From: Klebsiella pneumoniae
GTDB taxonomy: Bacteria > Myxococcota_A > UBA796 > SXON01
DNA: 64,000 nt
Assembly (NCBI GenBank): GCA_945862325.1
Contig: CAMAXZ010000019.1
Span: forward strand, 6,205 to 70,204
Reading direction: 5' to 3'
Shown here piece after piece: positions 47,572 through 57,303 of the stretch; the stretch's first letter is position 1; every line of letters starts with the position of its first letter. Both the position numbers and the translations under genes were made by a program. The notes under the pieces were generated by a model that worked only from the letters and a program-made list of their open reading frames with translations, ran no database searches and had not been told where the DNA came from.

Positions 47572-49362
47572 ATGCTCCTGGCCGCGCTCGCGTTCCTGGC
47601 CTCTGACGTGGCGTACGCGCAGGAGCCCGCGTTGCCCGAGGCGATCGCGGGGGCGCCCGACCGCGGCTACGCCGGCGAGGCGACGGCCTCCCTCGCGGGC
47701 AACTACGTGTGGGAGCAGCGCGGGCGGTTCGAGACGGCGGCGACGATCACGGCGATCGCGGTCGAGCCGGGCCTGATCCCGCGGGCTTCGGGCGAACCGG
47801 CGGTGTGGCTGGCCGCCGACGAGCGCGGCCGCGTCTGGCGGTCCGAGGACGCCGGGGCGACCTGGACCCGGGTGCTGGACGCCGTCGGCGGCCAGGGCGC
47901 CGTGGTGGACGAGGAGGCCCTGCTGCTCGAGGCGGAGGCGGCGCTCGGCGAGGAGCTGGGCGACGACGAGGCGGTGGAGACCTCCGACCTGCGGGACGCG
48001 GCGGAACAGGCGTCGGCGCGGGCGACGGACGTCGCCCTGGTGGTGCGCAGCGGCACGTCGCTGTGGTGGCACCCCACGGAGGAGGGGGTGGTGCTCGCGG
48101 GGCGCCCGGACGGCATCTGGCGGTCGGACGACGGCGGCCGCGGCTTCGAGCCGGTCGACGATGCGGCCGCGACCGCGTTCTCGGCGGTGGGGATGTCGGT
48201 CGTCGCCGGCACGCGCGACGGGGTGCGGTGGTCCCTCGACGCCGGCCTCTCGTGGATCGACGTCGCCGACGCGACCGACGGCGCCGACGTGCACGGCGTC
48301 GCGCACGTGGGGGCGACGGTCTTCGCGGCGACCGACCTGGGCCTCTTCTCGAGCGCCGACGGGCTGCGCTGGCGACGCGCGTCGGCCTACACCGGGCCCG
48401 CGCTCGCCGTCGTGGCAGACCCCGACTGGGACGGCGGACTCTGGGTCGCCGCGCCCGGCGCGCTGCACCGCTCCGACGACGGCGGCGCGACCTTCTACGT
48501 GGCGGCGCGCACCCCCCTGCGCGACGTGCGGGAGATCCTCCACCTCCGCGACGCTCCGGGCCACTTGCTCGCGGCCACGTCCGACGGCCCGTGGGAGTCC
48601 ACCGACGCCGGCGCGAGCTGGACGCCGCTCACCCGCCTGCTCCCGGACCCCGACGTCCGCGACCTCTCCCTGGCCGACGGGCGCCCCGTCCTCGCCGCCC
48701 GCACCGGGCTCTTTCGGCTCGTCGAGCCTCCGGATCTGACCGCCGCGCCCTCCGCCGCGGCGCTCCCGCCGGTCGCCGCCATGGTCGCCGCCGCCAGCGG
48801 CCGCGGGGGCCTCGACGTCGACCTGTTGAGCCTCGGCCGCCGCGCCGTGCTCGCCGCCGTCGCGCCGAGCTTCGAGGTCACCTTCGACTACGGAGACTAC
48901 CGCGGGCGCCAGGCGAACTTCCTCGAGCTCAGCTCGAAGGCGGGGGACGGCGCGGACTGGGCGCTCACCGCGCGCGCGTGCTGGGGGTCGTGCGCCAGCA
49001 CCACCACGGTGTTCGGTCAGACCGTCGACACGGCCGAGGCGATCGAGCTCGGGGTGGATCCGGGCGAGTTCGAGGACCTCTACGTCGTGGGCGACGACGT
49101 GTTCGAAGAGGGGCAGGTCGTCGCCGCGGCTTCGAACGTCGCCCAGTCCATGCGCTTGTACCGTCAATACCTGAGCGGCGTCGTGGCCGACGCGTGGCGG
49201 GCGCGCCGCAAGCTCGAGGAGGAGTCGAGCGGCGCTGCCCTGCTGCCGCTCCGCGAGCAGGTGCGGCGTGCGATCGCCATCGCCGAGCTCGACGCCCGAC
49301 TCGACAGCTACACCGACGGCGCGTGGTCGCGCGCCCGAACGAATCCGGAGGAACGTCCATGA
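47572..49362 (+). CDS. Secreted BNR/Asp-box beta-propeller protein with C-terminal half-TolC-like module
   Basis: Repeated (W/H)RSxDxGxxW/F boxes; C-terminus similar to the downstream gene. Confidence 0.8.
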   Translation: MLLAALAFLASDVAYAQEPALPEAIAGAPDRGYAGEATASLAGNYVWEQRGRFETAATITAIAVEPGLIPRASGEPAVWLAADERGRVWRSEDAGATWTRVLDAVGGQGAVVDEEALLLEAEAALGEELGDDEAVETSDLRDAAEQASARATDVALVVRSGTSLWWHPTEEGVVLAGRPDGIWRSDDGGRGFEPVDDAAATAFSAVGMSVVAGTRDGVRWSLDAGLSWIDVADATDGADVHGVAHVGATVFAATDLGLFSSADGLRWRRASAYTGPALAVVADPDWDGGLWVAAPGALHRSDDGGATFYVAARTPLRDVREILHLRDAPGHLLAATSDGPWESTDAGASWTPLTRLLPDPDVRDLSLADGRPVLAARTGLFRLVEPPDLTAAPSAAALPPVAAMVAAASGRGGLDVDLLSLGRRAVLAAVAPSFEVTFDYGDYRGRQANFLELSSKAGDGADWALTARACWGSCASTTTVFGQTVDTAEAIELGVDPGEFEDLYVVGDDVFEEGQVVAAASNVAQSMRLYRQYLSGVVADAWRARRKLEEESSGAALLPLREQVRRAIAIAELDARLDSYTDGAWSRARTNPEERP

Positions 49363-49973
49363 TCCTGTTGTTCACCCTCGCCCTGTCGGTCGCCGAGGCC
49401 AAGGAGTTCCGTTCGCCGGAGGAGGTCCTCGCGTCGTTCAAGAGCGAGCCGGAGGTGCGCGACGTGCACCAGATGGTGCTCGAGTACAGCAAGACCGACC
49501 CGCGCTACGTCGACGCGTGGCTGAAGGCCGCGGTGAAGGCGGCGTGGCTGCCGGAGCTCACCTTCACCTACGACTACGACAACGGCTACGACCGCGACTA
49601 CTTCTACCTGACGTCGCAGGACGCCGGCTACGCGGGCGAGGCCTCCGCGGAGCTCGAAGGCAGCGCCGTGGACCTTCAGCACGGGCTGCAGGTGAAGGCC
49701 AAGTGGGAGCTCGACAAGCTGGTGATGTCCAGCGAGCGCATCCGCGTCATCTCCGAGGCGCAGGACATCGTGAAGCTGCGCGACAAGGTGCTCGAAGAGG
49801 TCACGCGGCTCTACTTCGACCGCCGCCGCCTCCAGGTCGACATGCTCCTCGTCGACTCGGACCTGAAGACCCGCCTGAAGAACGAGCTGCGGCTCCAGGA
49901 GCTGACCGCTCAGCTCGACGCGTACAGCGGCGGCCGATTCAGCGCGGCGATCACCAAGGGCGCCGCGCGCTGA
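49359..49973 (+). CDS. Secreted protein resembling a single OEP/TolC repeat
   Basis: Signal peptide; helix-LPELTFTYDY..GLQVKAKWELDKL-helix VTRLYFDRRRL..ELTAQLDAYSGG; GGAGG RBS, ATGA overlap. Confidence 0.75.
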   Translation: MILLFTLALSVAEAKEFRSPEEVLASFKSEPEVRDVHQMVLEYSKTDPRYVDAWLKAAVKAAWLPELTFTYDYDNGYDRDYFYLTSQDAGYAGEASAELEGSAVDLQHGLQVKAKWELDKLVMSSERIRVISEAQDIVKLRDKVLEEVTRLYFDRRRLQVDMLLVDSDLKTRLKNELRLQELTAQLDAYSGGRFSAAITKGAAR

Positions 49974-50662
49974 GCCCCCGGCTCGACGAGGCCCCGGCCT
50001 GGGCGGAAGCGGAGGCGTTCGTGCGCGCGTCGACCCGGCGCGCGCCGCCGGCCCTCGTGCCGGAGCTCGCGGTGCGCACCGCCGGCGAGGTGGTGCCGCT
50101 GTGGCACGCGGTCGAGCGTTTCCTCGGACGTGAGGGCACCGAGCCTCCGTTCTGGGCATGGCCGTGGCCCGGCAGCCAGGTCATCGCGCGTACGCTCCTC
50201 GACGACCCGGGGCTCGCGCGCGGCCGCCGCGTGCTCGACTTCGCGTCGGGTGGCGGCCTCGCGGCCGTGGCAGCGGCGCGTTGCGGTGCCCGGGTCACCG
50301 CGTGCGAGCTCGATCCGCTCGCGATCGCCGCGCTCCGCGTGAACGCCGGAGACGCGGGGGTCGAGGTGCGCGCCGTCCTCGGCGACCTCACCGGCGCCGT
50401 GCCCGCCGACATCGACCTCGTGATCGCCGGCGACACCTGCTACGAACGTGCTCCGGCGGCGCGCATCGTCGCGTGGCTGCACGCGTGTGCGGCGGCGGGG
50501 CTCGAGGTGTGGTTGGCGGACCCCGGGCGCGCCTGGGCGCCCACCGCCGGCGTCGACTGGTTCGGCACCTGGGACGTGCCGACGAGCGTGGACCTGGAGA
50601 ACGTGGCGGTGCGGAGGACGCGGTTGGGTCGGGTGGTAGGCCCCGTCACCGCCCCCGTGTGA
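49970..50662 (+). CDS. Class I SAM-dependent methyltransferase (lysine/ETFB-MT-like)
   Basis: PPFWAWPWPGSQ, VLDFASGGGL, IAGDTCYE, ADPGR; start uncertain (CTG 49970 or GTG 50021). Confidence 0.82.
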   Translation: MSPRLDEAPAWAEAEAFVRASTRRAPPALVPELAVRTAGEVVPLWHAVERFLGREGTEPPFWAWPWPGSQVIARTLLDDPGLARGRRVLDFASGGGLAAVAAARCGARVTACELDPLAIAALRVNAGDAGVEVRAVLGDLTGAVPADIDLVIAGDTCYERAPAARIVAWLHACAAAGLEVWLADPGRAWAPTAGVDWFGTWDVPTSVDLENVAVRRTRLGRVVGPVTAPV

Positions 50663-51521
50663 GGCGCTCGCGCACCTTGAGGTACAAGGCGCGTTGGGCC
50701 TCGTCGTGGGCGTCGCGGGCCGGCGGTGCCGCCGGCGGCGCGGACGCGGGGTCCCGCGCGATCGCCGGCGGGCCCGGGCGCGACCCCGGGACCGGGGGCG
50801 CCGGAGCCTGCGTCGGAGCGGGCACCGGGCCCGTCGGAGCGCGGGCCGGCTCGCGGAGGGCCCGGGCGAGCGGGCAGGCGGGGTCTGCGTCGTCGCCCCG
50901 GCGATAGCGCGTGAGCACCGCGCGCGACCGATCGGCGAGCGCGCGCCGAAGCTCGCGGCGCGCGCCCTTGACCGGCGCCACGGACATGTCGTCGTACGCC
51001 GTGGTCTGGTGGCGCATCCATGCGATCACGGCGGCCTCCGCGCGCTTCTCCACGGGGATGCGCTCCGTGCGCGCCACCGTACCGCTCCCCACGGGGGTGG
51101 CGTGCGCCGTGACGCGCGCGGCGAGCGCCGCCGCCACGGCGGCGTGGCGCGGGTCGAAGCGGAGGAACCGGAGCACCTCCGCCTCGAATTCCTGCACGTA
51201 GTCCGCCTGATCTTCCGCGCGACGGCGACGCGCGGCATCCAGCTTGCGTTGGTGCGCCGGGTCGGCGCGCTGCTCGGCGACGGCCTCCCGTGTCGCGCGA
51301 ACGTTCTCTGCCGGGGCCCACAATCCGCCTGAGAACACCTTGCGTCCCCGCTTCTCTTCGATCGCCCAGGTGGGGCCCATCGCCTTCACGCCCCGGGTCA
51401 CGGCCGCGTCGCCCGGCGGCAGGAGCTCCCAGGCGGGGGGCACGTCCAGCACGGCGCCATCGGCGTCGCGGACGGTGCGCGGGCGCGGTCCGGGCCGGAG
51501 GCCGGTGCGGGGCTCGGGCAT
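50646..51521 (-). CDS. DUF2293-like protein
   Basis: LLPPGDAAVTR, HATPVGSGTVART, AAVIAWMRHQTTAYD. Confidence 0.78.
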   Translation of the reverse strand: MPEPRTGLRPGPRPRTVRDADGAVLDVPPAWELLPPGDAAVTRGVKAMGPTWAIEEKRGRKVFSGGLWAPAENVRATREAVAEQRADPAHQRKLDAARRRRAEDQADYVQEFEAEVLRFLRFDPRHAAVAAALAARVTAHATPVGSGTVARTERIPVEKRAEAAVIAWMRHQTTAYDDMSVAPVKGARRELRRALADRSRAVLTRYRRGDDADPACPLARALREPARAPTGPVPAPTQAPAPPVPGSRPGPPAIARDPASAPPAAPPARDAHDEAQRALYLKVRERLTRGR

Positions 51522-51534
51522 CCGCGGGACCTGC

Positions 51535-52008
51535 CTACCGACCCGGCGTCGGGACGTCCGTGACCATGCGGCGGTAGTCCGAGCCCGACGCGTGACACCC
51601 GGCGCAGCCGGCGTTGTCTTCGGCCTTCGTGGCAGCACCGTCGGCCGCGCCGTAGGACACCCAGAGCCAGCCGGTCTCGGCGACGGACGGGTCGTCGGTC
51701 TTCCACATCACCGTGATGTTCCCGTAGGCGTCCGCCGCCGCCTCGTCGCGGTACCCGCGCTTCACGACGATGCTGTCGTCCGCCGCGGCGTCCTCCGCGT
51801 ACGAGCCCACCGCCGCGTCGTTCAGCCAGATCTGCACGTACTCGCCGTGGGTGTTGTCGGAGGACGGCTGGACGCCCGTCCACGGATCCTGCTGGGTCCA
51901 GCTCTCGTAGCCGTCGATCTGGGCCCAGAGATCCGTGGCCAGCGCGTCCCGGGCGCCTTGGAGATCTTCGTCGGGCGTGGCGCAGGCGAGAAGCAGGGTG
52001 ACGGTCAT
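51535..52008 (-). CDS. Cytochrome P460 / c'-beta-like lipoprotein
   Basis: LLLAC lipobox; DSIVVKRGY, TVMWK, GWLW, C-terminal CAGCH. Confidence 0.72.
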   Translation of the reverse strand: MTVTLLLACATPDEDLQGARDALATDLWAQIDGYESWTQQDPWTGVQPSSDNTHGEYVQIWLNDAAVGSYAEDAAADDSIVVKRGYRDEAAADAYGNITVMWKTDDPSVAETGWLWVSYGAADGAATKAEDNAGCAGCHASGSDYRRMVTDVPTPGR

Positions 52009-52204
52009 CGCGGTCTCCGTGGCGGCATGATGCCACGTCCGCCGGGCCTCCGCGCGCGTCTCTGTGCCCCATCGGCAGGCCACGGGGCCATCCATGCGGG
52101 CGGGCTAATGGCAACATGCTGATGCGTGCACTTCACCTCACGGGTGCCGGGAGCTACCTGGGGTGCGTCCGGCGGCCGTCGCCGCCTTCGACCCGGAGTG
52201 AACC

Positions 52205-53053
52205 ATGCCCCGCACCGTCCTCGTCCTCGCCGCCACCGGCACCACCGGCCGTGCCACCGTCCAGTCTCTCCTCGGCCGCGGCGCGCGGGTGCGCGCCGGC
52301 ACCCGCACCCCCGCCACCGCCGGCTTCCCGGCCGAGGTCGAGGTGGTCGCGTTCTCCTACGACGACCGTTCCACCTGGGCGCCCGCCTTCGCCGGCGTCG
52401 AGGCGCTCTACCTCGCCGTGCCCCCGTTCCGGCCGGACGAGGTGGCGCTCGGCCGGGACCTCGTGGCGGCGGCGAAGTCCGCCGGCGTCCGGCGGATCGT
52501 CAAGCTCTCGGCGGCGGGCGTGGAGAACGCGCCCGAGTCGGGCCACCGGCAGGTGGAGGTCCTCGTGGAGGCCTCCGGCCTGGCGTGGGTGCACCTGCGG
52601 CCCTCCTTCTTCCACGAGAACTTCGTCGAGTTCTACGGGGCCACCATCCGCGCCGACGGGGCGATCTACCTCCCGGCCGGAGCGGGCCGCACCGGCTTCA
52701 TCGCCGCTTCCGACATCGGCGCGGCGGCGGCCGTGGCGCTGCTCGGCGACGTGACCGGCGAAGCCTGGACCCTCACCGGTCCCGAGTCGCTCGATCATGC
52801 CCAGGTGGCCGCGGCGATCGAGGGCGTGCTCGGTCGACCGGTCCGCTACGTCGACGTCTCGCCGGAGGACCATGTGGCCGGCATGCGGTCCCACGGCATG
52901 CCGGAGGAGGCCGTGCACACCATGAGCTGGCTCTACGGCATGGTGCGCGCGGGCTACACCGGCGGGCTGTCGGGGGACCTGGCGCGGGCCACCGGGAGCG
53001 AGGGCGTTCGCTTCGTGGACTGGGCCAAGGCGAACGCCGCGCATTGGGCGTGA
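52205..53053 (+). CDS. NmrA-like NAD(P)-binding protein
   Basis: VLAATGTTG, AGVRRIVKLS, LRPSFF, IAASDIG, LTGPE. Confidence 0.88.
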   Translation: MPRTVLVLAATGTTGRATVQSLLGRGARVRAGTRTPATAGFPAEVEVVAFSYDDRSTWAPAFAGVEALYLAVPPFRPDEVALGRDLVAAAKSAGVRRIVKLSAAGVENAPESGHRQVEVLVEASGLAWVHLRPSFFHENFVEFYGATIRADGAIYLPAGAGRTGFIAASDIGAAAAVALLGDVTGEAWTLTGPESLDHAQVAAAIEGVLGRPVRYVDVSPEDHVAGMRSHGMPEEAVHTMSWLYGMVRAGYTGGLSGDLARATGSEGVRFVDWAKANAAHWA

Positions 53054-53078
53054 GGCCGGGTCGGGCGACCCGCTCGGA

Positions 53079-54701
53079 TCACTCCGTCCGCAGCCCCGGC
53101 GCCTCTCGTCCCATCGCCTGGACGTAGGCGTCGTAGCTGCCGTGGAACACGCGCGGGCCGTCGGGTCCCAGCTCGCACACCTCGGTCGACAATGCGCGTA
53201 GGAACGCGCGATCGTGCGAAACGAAGACGAGGGTGCCGTCGTAGTCCGCGAGGGCCTTGACCAGGGCGCGCTTCGTCAGGATGTCCAGGTGATTGGTCGG
53301 CTCGTCGAGCACCATGAGGTTCGGCGCGTCGTAGAGGAGCTTCGCGAGGGCGAGCCTCGACTTCTCGCCGCCGGACAGCACGTGCACCGGCTTGTCGACG
53401 TCGTCGCCGGAGAAGCCGAACGCGCCGGCGAGGTTTCGTAGGGTGCCCTGACCGGCGCGCGGGGCGTGGGCTTCGAGCTCCTCGAGGATCGTGCGATCGC
53501 TGTCGAGCTGCTCGACCTGATGCTGCGAGAAGTACCCGAGCGACACGCTCGCGCCGATCGTCACGTCGCCCTCGTCGGGGTCGAGCACGCCCGCCATCAT
53601 CTTCAGGAGGGTGGTCTTTCCCGCGCCGTTCTCGCCCATGATCGCCCAGCGCTCGCCGCGGCGCACGAGGAGCTCCACGCGGTCGTGGACCTTGCGCGTG
53701 CCGTAGCGCTTGCTGGCGCCCTTCACCGCGATGACGTCGTTGCCGCTCCGGTCGGGCTTGCGGAACGCGAAGTGCCGCTCGACGAACCGGCGCGGCGGCT
53801 CGATCTTCTCGATCTTCTCGATCTTCTTCGCCCGGCTCTGCACCTGGCTCGCCTTGCTCGGCTGCTTCTTGAAGCGCTCGATGAACCGGAGCTCTTTGGC
53901 GAGCATCGCCTGCTGCTTCTCGTACTCCGCCTCGCGCTGCGCGGCGTCGAGGGCCCGCGCGCGCTCGTAGGTGTCGTAGTCGCCCGTGTAGGAGCGCACG
54001 CGCCCGCCGTCGATCTCGACGATGCGGCGGGCGACACGGTTCATCACGTCGCGATCGTGGCACGTCATCAGGACGGCGCTCGCCGTGTCGCGCAGCCAGG
54101 CCTCGAGCCACACGATGCTCTCGATGTCGAGGTAGTTCGTCGGTTCGTCCAGGAGGAGCACGTCCGGCTGCATCAGCAGCATGCGCGCGAGCTGCACGCG
54201 CATCCGCCAGCCGCCGGACAGCGCGCCGACCTTGCCGTCCATCTGCTCCTGACTGAAGCCCAGCCCATGCAGGATGGTCCGCGCGCGGGCGTCGAGGTCG
54301 TACCCCCCGCCCTCCTGGTAGCGGGCCTGGACCTCGCCGTAGCGCTCGATGACCGCGTCGTAGTCGGGCGCGTCGACGTCGCCGAGGCGCTCCTCGAGGG
54401 CCTGGAGCTCGGTGCCGAGCGCGGCGAGCTCGCCGGCGCCGGCCAGGGTCTCGCCGAGCACGTCGCGGTCGCCGTGTTCGGCGAAGTCCTGGCGGAAGTA
54501 CCCGATCGAGACGCGTCGGGGGCGCTCGACGACGCCTTCGTCGGGGCGCTCCTCGCCCATGATGAGGCGGAAGATCGTCGTTTTTCCGGATCCGTTGGCG
54601 CCGACGAGGCCGACCTTCTCTCCCGGGTTCAGGGAGAAGGACGCGTCGAGGAACAGCACCTGGCGCCCATGCTGCATCGTCACCCCGGAGAACTCGATCA
54701 C
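53079..54701 (-). CDS. ABC-F family ATP-binding protein
   Basis: Two NBDs ([22 protein letters not shown]; [22 protein letters not shown]) and no TM. Confidence 0.93.
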   Translation of the reverse strand: MIEFSGVTMQHGRQVLFLDASFSLNPGEKVGLVGANGSGKTTIFRLIMGEERPDEGVVERPRRVSIGYFRQDFAEHGDRDVLGETLAGAGELAALGTELQALEERLGDVDAPDYDAVIERYGEVQARYQEGGGYDLDARARTILHGLGFSQEQMDGKVGALSGGWRMRVQLARMLLMQPDVLLLDEPTNYLDIESIVWLEAWLRDTASAVLMTCHDRDVMNRVARRIVEIDGGRVRSYTGDYDTYERARALDAAQREAEYEKQQAMLAKELRFIERFKKQPSKASQVQSRAKKIEKIEKIEPPRRFVERHFAFRKPDRSGNDVIAVKGASKRYGTRKVHDRVELLVRRGERWAIMGENGAGKTTLLKMMAGVLDPDEGDVTIGASVSLGYFSQHQVEQLDSDRTILEELEAHAPRAGQGTLRNLAGAFGFSGDDVDKPVHVLSGGEKSRLALAKLLYDAPNLMVLDEPTNHLDILTKRALVKALADYDGTLVFVSHDRAFLRALSTEVCELGPDGPRVFHGSYDAYVQAMGREAPGLRTE

Positions 54702-54727
54702 CCGTCACCCCGCGCTTCGGGCGCGGG

Positions 54728-54755
54728 CCTATCCCGGCCCGCGCGGCGGGATAGG
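54728..54755. promoter_or_regulatory. Inverted repeat between the divergent ABC-F and guaA genes
   Basis: CCTATCCCG-10 nt-CGGGATAGG. Confidence 0.55.
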
Positions 54756-54764
54756 CGCGCGGAC

Positions 54765-56294
<1,530 letters not shown>

Positions 56295-56313
56295 CGGTCG
56301 CGGGGTGAACGCG

Positions 56314-56418
56314 GCGTTTCAATCGCGCGCGGCTTGAAACGCATCGCCCCGAATCGTGAAACGTGTCGCTCCATAATCGGCGTTTGGTCGATGATGGGCG
56401 GGCGGCATCCGTATTGCT
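56314..56418 (+). promoter_or_regulatory. Sigma54-type promoter with upstream palindrome
   Basis: CGGCATC-CGTA-TTGCT 56403-56418; GCGTTTCAA-11 nt-TTGAAACGC 56314-56342. Confidence 0.6.
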
Positions 56419-56442
56419 CTTCACCATGGCGGAGGCTCTGCC

Positions 56443-57294
56443 ATGGAAGTCAAGGCTCTGTTCGACCCGCGCACCTGGACCGTCACCTACGTCGTGTGGG
56501 ACCCGACCACGAAGGACGCGATCGTCATCGACTCGGTGCTCGACTTCGACGCCGCGAGCGGAAAGGTGTGGAGGGAGTCCCTCGACGCCCTGTTCGCGTT
56601 CGTCGAGGCCGACGCGCTGCGGGTGCGCGCGGTGTTCGAGACCCACGCCCACGCCGACCACCTGACCGGGGCGCAGGCGATCAAGGAGCGCACCGGCGCG
56701 CCGATCGTCATCGGCGCGGCGATCTCGGCGGTGCAGCAGGTGTTCGCCCCGGTGTTCGACCTCGACATCGCGACCGACGGCAGCCAGTTCGACGTGCGGC
56801 TCGGCGACGGCGAGCGGTACTCGGCCGGCAGCCTGACCGTTCAGGCGCTCCACACCCCCGGGCACACCCCCGCGTGTGTCAGCTACCGCGTGGGCGACGC
56901 GGTCTTCACCGGCGACGCGCTGTTCATGCCCGACTACGGCGTCGGTCGCTGCGACTTCCCCGCGGGGAGCGCGGCGACGCTCTACGACTCCGTGCACGGG
57001 GCCCTCTACGGGCTTCCGCGCGAGACCCGCGTGTTCGTCGGGCACGACTACATGCCCGGCGGACGCGCGCCCGCGTGGGAGACGACGATCGGCGCGTCGA
57101 TCGACGAGAACATCCACATCTCCGGCGCGACCACCCGCGAGGAGTTCATCGCCTTCCGCACCGCGCGCGACGCGACGTTGGCCGCCCCGCGCCTGCTCTA
57201 CCCGAGCGTGCAGGTGAACATCGACGCGGGCCGCCTCCCCGCGGCACGCGCGAACGGCCGTCGCTACCTCGTGACGCCGCTGCGCGTCGTGTGA
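56443..57294 (+). CDS. MBL-fold persulfide dioxygenase (ETHE1/Pdo-like)
   Basis: [54 protein letters not shown]. Confidence 0.9.
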   Translation: MEVKALFDPRTWTVTYVVWDPTTKDAIVIDSVLDFDAASGKVWRESLDALFAFVEADALRVRAVFETHAHADHLTGAQAIKERTGAPIVIGAAISAVQQVFAPVFDLDIATDGSQFDVRLGDGERYSAGSLTVQALHTPGHTPACVSYRVGDAVFTGDALFMPDYGVGRCDFPAGSAATLYDSVHGALYGLPRETRVFVGHDYMPGGRAPAWETTIGASIDENIHISGATTREEFIAFRTARDATLAAPRLLYPSVQVNIDAGRLPAARANGRRYLVTPLRVV

Positions 57295-57303
57295 CGAGCG
57301 ACC

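Noticed and set aside
53079-54701. ABC-F as an antibiotic resistance gene
   Set aside because: Housekeeping context; nothing visible separates it from ordinary translation-factor ABC-Fs without a phylogeny
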